Source of the DNA: Utricularia gibba
Taxonomy: Eukaryota > Plantae > Magnoliophyta
Direction: 5' to 3'
Assembly: GCA_002189035.1 (NCBI GenBank)
Contig: NEEC01000139.1
Coordinates: 1 to 21,373, forward strand
DNA length: 21,373 nt
Shown: positions 20,334-21,373 of the stretch, piece by piece
How the letters are laid out: the number at the start of each line of letters is the position of its first letter
How positions within the stretch are numbered: the stretch's first letter is position 1
Translations under genes and position numbers: made by a program
The notes under the pieces: model-generated
Told to the model about the DNA's origin: nothing
The model's input: the letters and a program-made list of their open reading frames with translations, nothing else
The model's database searches: none

Positions 20334-21184
20334 GTGGGGTGCACGTGACATCCCAATTTCAACAAATGCATCATGATTTTCGTCGAGTGGGCCCATGAGC
20401 CCGTCCGAACCCGGGGCCCGGGCCAAGGGCCCCTCGAGAGCGCCCGCCTCAATACGAGGAGGTGTTCCTTCAAAAACCATATACGCGTCTCGTCACAACC
20501 CAACGTTAATAAATGCATCACTTTTTTTGGCGCGCTACTGCTGACTTTGGGCCCGAGTTCGGCACGACCTCCGGCCGATCAGGGTGCCCCCCGAGAGCTC
20601 CTCCTTAAGTATAAAGTGTGTTGTTGAAAAAAAACCGTGTGCGGTTCTCGTGACATCCTAACTTCAACAAATGCATCACGATTTTCGTCGAGTCGGACGG
20701 GACCGGGCTCCCGGGGCCCGGACGAGGCGCAGCGCCCGCTCCCTCCCCCCAAAACTAGAAGTGTTTCCATGGAAAACCATTTAGGCGGCTCGTGACAACC
20801 CAAAGTTAATAAATGCATCACTTTCTTTGACGGGCTACAATGACTTTACGCTCGAGCCTGGTACGACGTATGGGAAGATTCGAGTCCCCCCCGAGAGCGT
20901 CTCCACAAGTATAAAGCGTGTTGTTGAAAAAACCGTGTTGGGTGCACGTGACATCCTAATTTCAACAAATGTGTCACGATTTTCGCCGAGTGGGACCAGA
21001 GTGGGCTCATCAGCCAGACCGAACCCGGGCCCAAGCCAAGGGCCCCTCGAGAGCGCCCCCCACAAAACTAGATGGTGTTCCACGAAAAAAAATTAGGCGG
21101 CTCGTGATAACCCAACGCTTAGAAATGCATCCCTTTTTTCGCCGGGCTAAAACTGACTTTGGGCTCATGCCCGGCGCGACCCCC
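20334..21184. repeat. GC-rich 150/300-bp sub-repeat block (copy 9, slightly diverged)
   Basis: As 1665-2518, with changes at about 20554, 20761-20766, 20830, 20886 and 21120. Confidence 0.93.
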
Positions 21185-21335
21185 AGCCCGTGTGCATACG
21201 CAGCAGCACCACGAGGCCACATGGGCTTGGTTAATGCCCGCGTGCTCGAGCAGCAGCCACAAGGCCATACGGCCGTGGAAAAAAAGAAAAACAACCATAA
21301 AATACAATAAGCCAAAAATAAAAAATAAAATTGAT

Positions 21336-21373
21336 AAACCTTGGTTCGGTTCGGGCCCAATCAAACCCGTAGG
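21336..21373 (-). mobile_element. Partial hAT-like subterminal region, truncated by the window edge
   Basis: Matches the start of 338-494, with 1-nt deletions. Confidence 0.5.

Larger units (their letters stand above)
1..21373. repeat. Tandem array (macrosatellite) of a ~2334-bp composite monomer, ~9.2 copies, head-to-tail
   Basis: TGGGACCAGAGTGGG starts at 1, 2323, 4656, 6990, 9326, 11661, 13997, 16331, 18663 and 20991. The ORF track repeats with the same period. Differences between copies are mostly homopolymer indels. Confidence 0.99.

Noticed and set aside
112-21364. The many 60-200-aa ORFs in the track as protein-coding genes
   Set aside because: They overlap on both strands, repeat with the satellite period, derive from GC-rich sub-repeats or A/T tracts, and change with homopolymer indels. 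Only the RWAILRSASYY segment resembles a known protein family.

Overview
Plant-type repetitive DNA with no intact gene. The whole window is a head-to-tail tandem array of a ~2.33 kb monomer: 9 full copies plus 383 bp. The anchor TGGGACCAGAGTGGG recurs at 1, 2323, 4656, 6990, 9326, 11661, 13997, 16331, 18663 and 20991 (periods 2322-2336 bp). The copies are almost identical, but each monomer is a mosaic of older, decayed parts: (i) a GC-rich block of six ~150-bp sub-repeats arranged as ~300-bp dimers; (ii) a ~50-bp duplication and an A-rich tract; (iii) a probable solo hAT transposon end (TIR TAGAGATGGGCC on the - strand, with AACCCG/CGGGTT subterminal motifs); (iv) a ~900-bp AT-rich foldback element with ~62-bp internal sub-repeats; (v) a frameshifted C-terminal fragment of a PIF/Harbinger (HARBI1-like DDE) transposase on the - strand, spread over three reading frames and so largely missed by the ORF track. 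The listed ORFs are repeat-derived and are not credible genes. Best reading: a very young long-monomer satellite built from transposon debris. The species and chromosomal position cannot be determined from this sequence.
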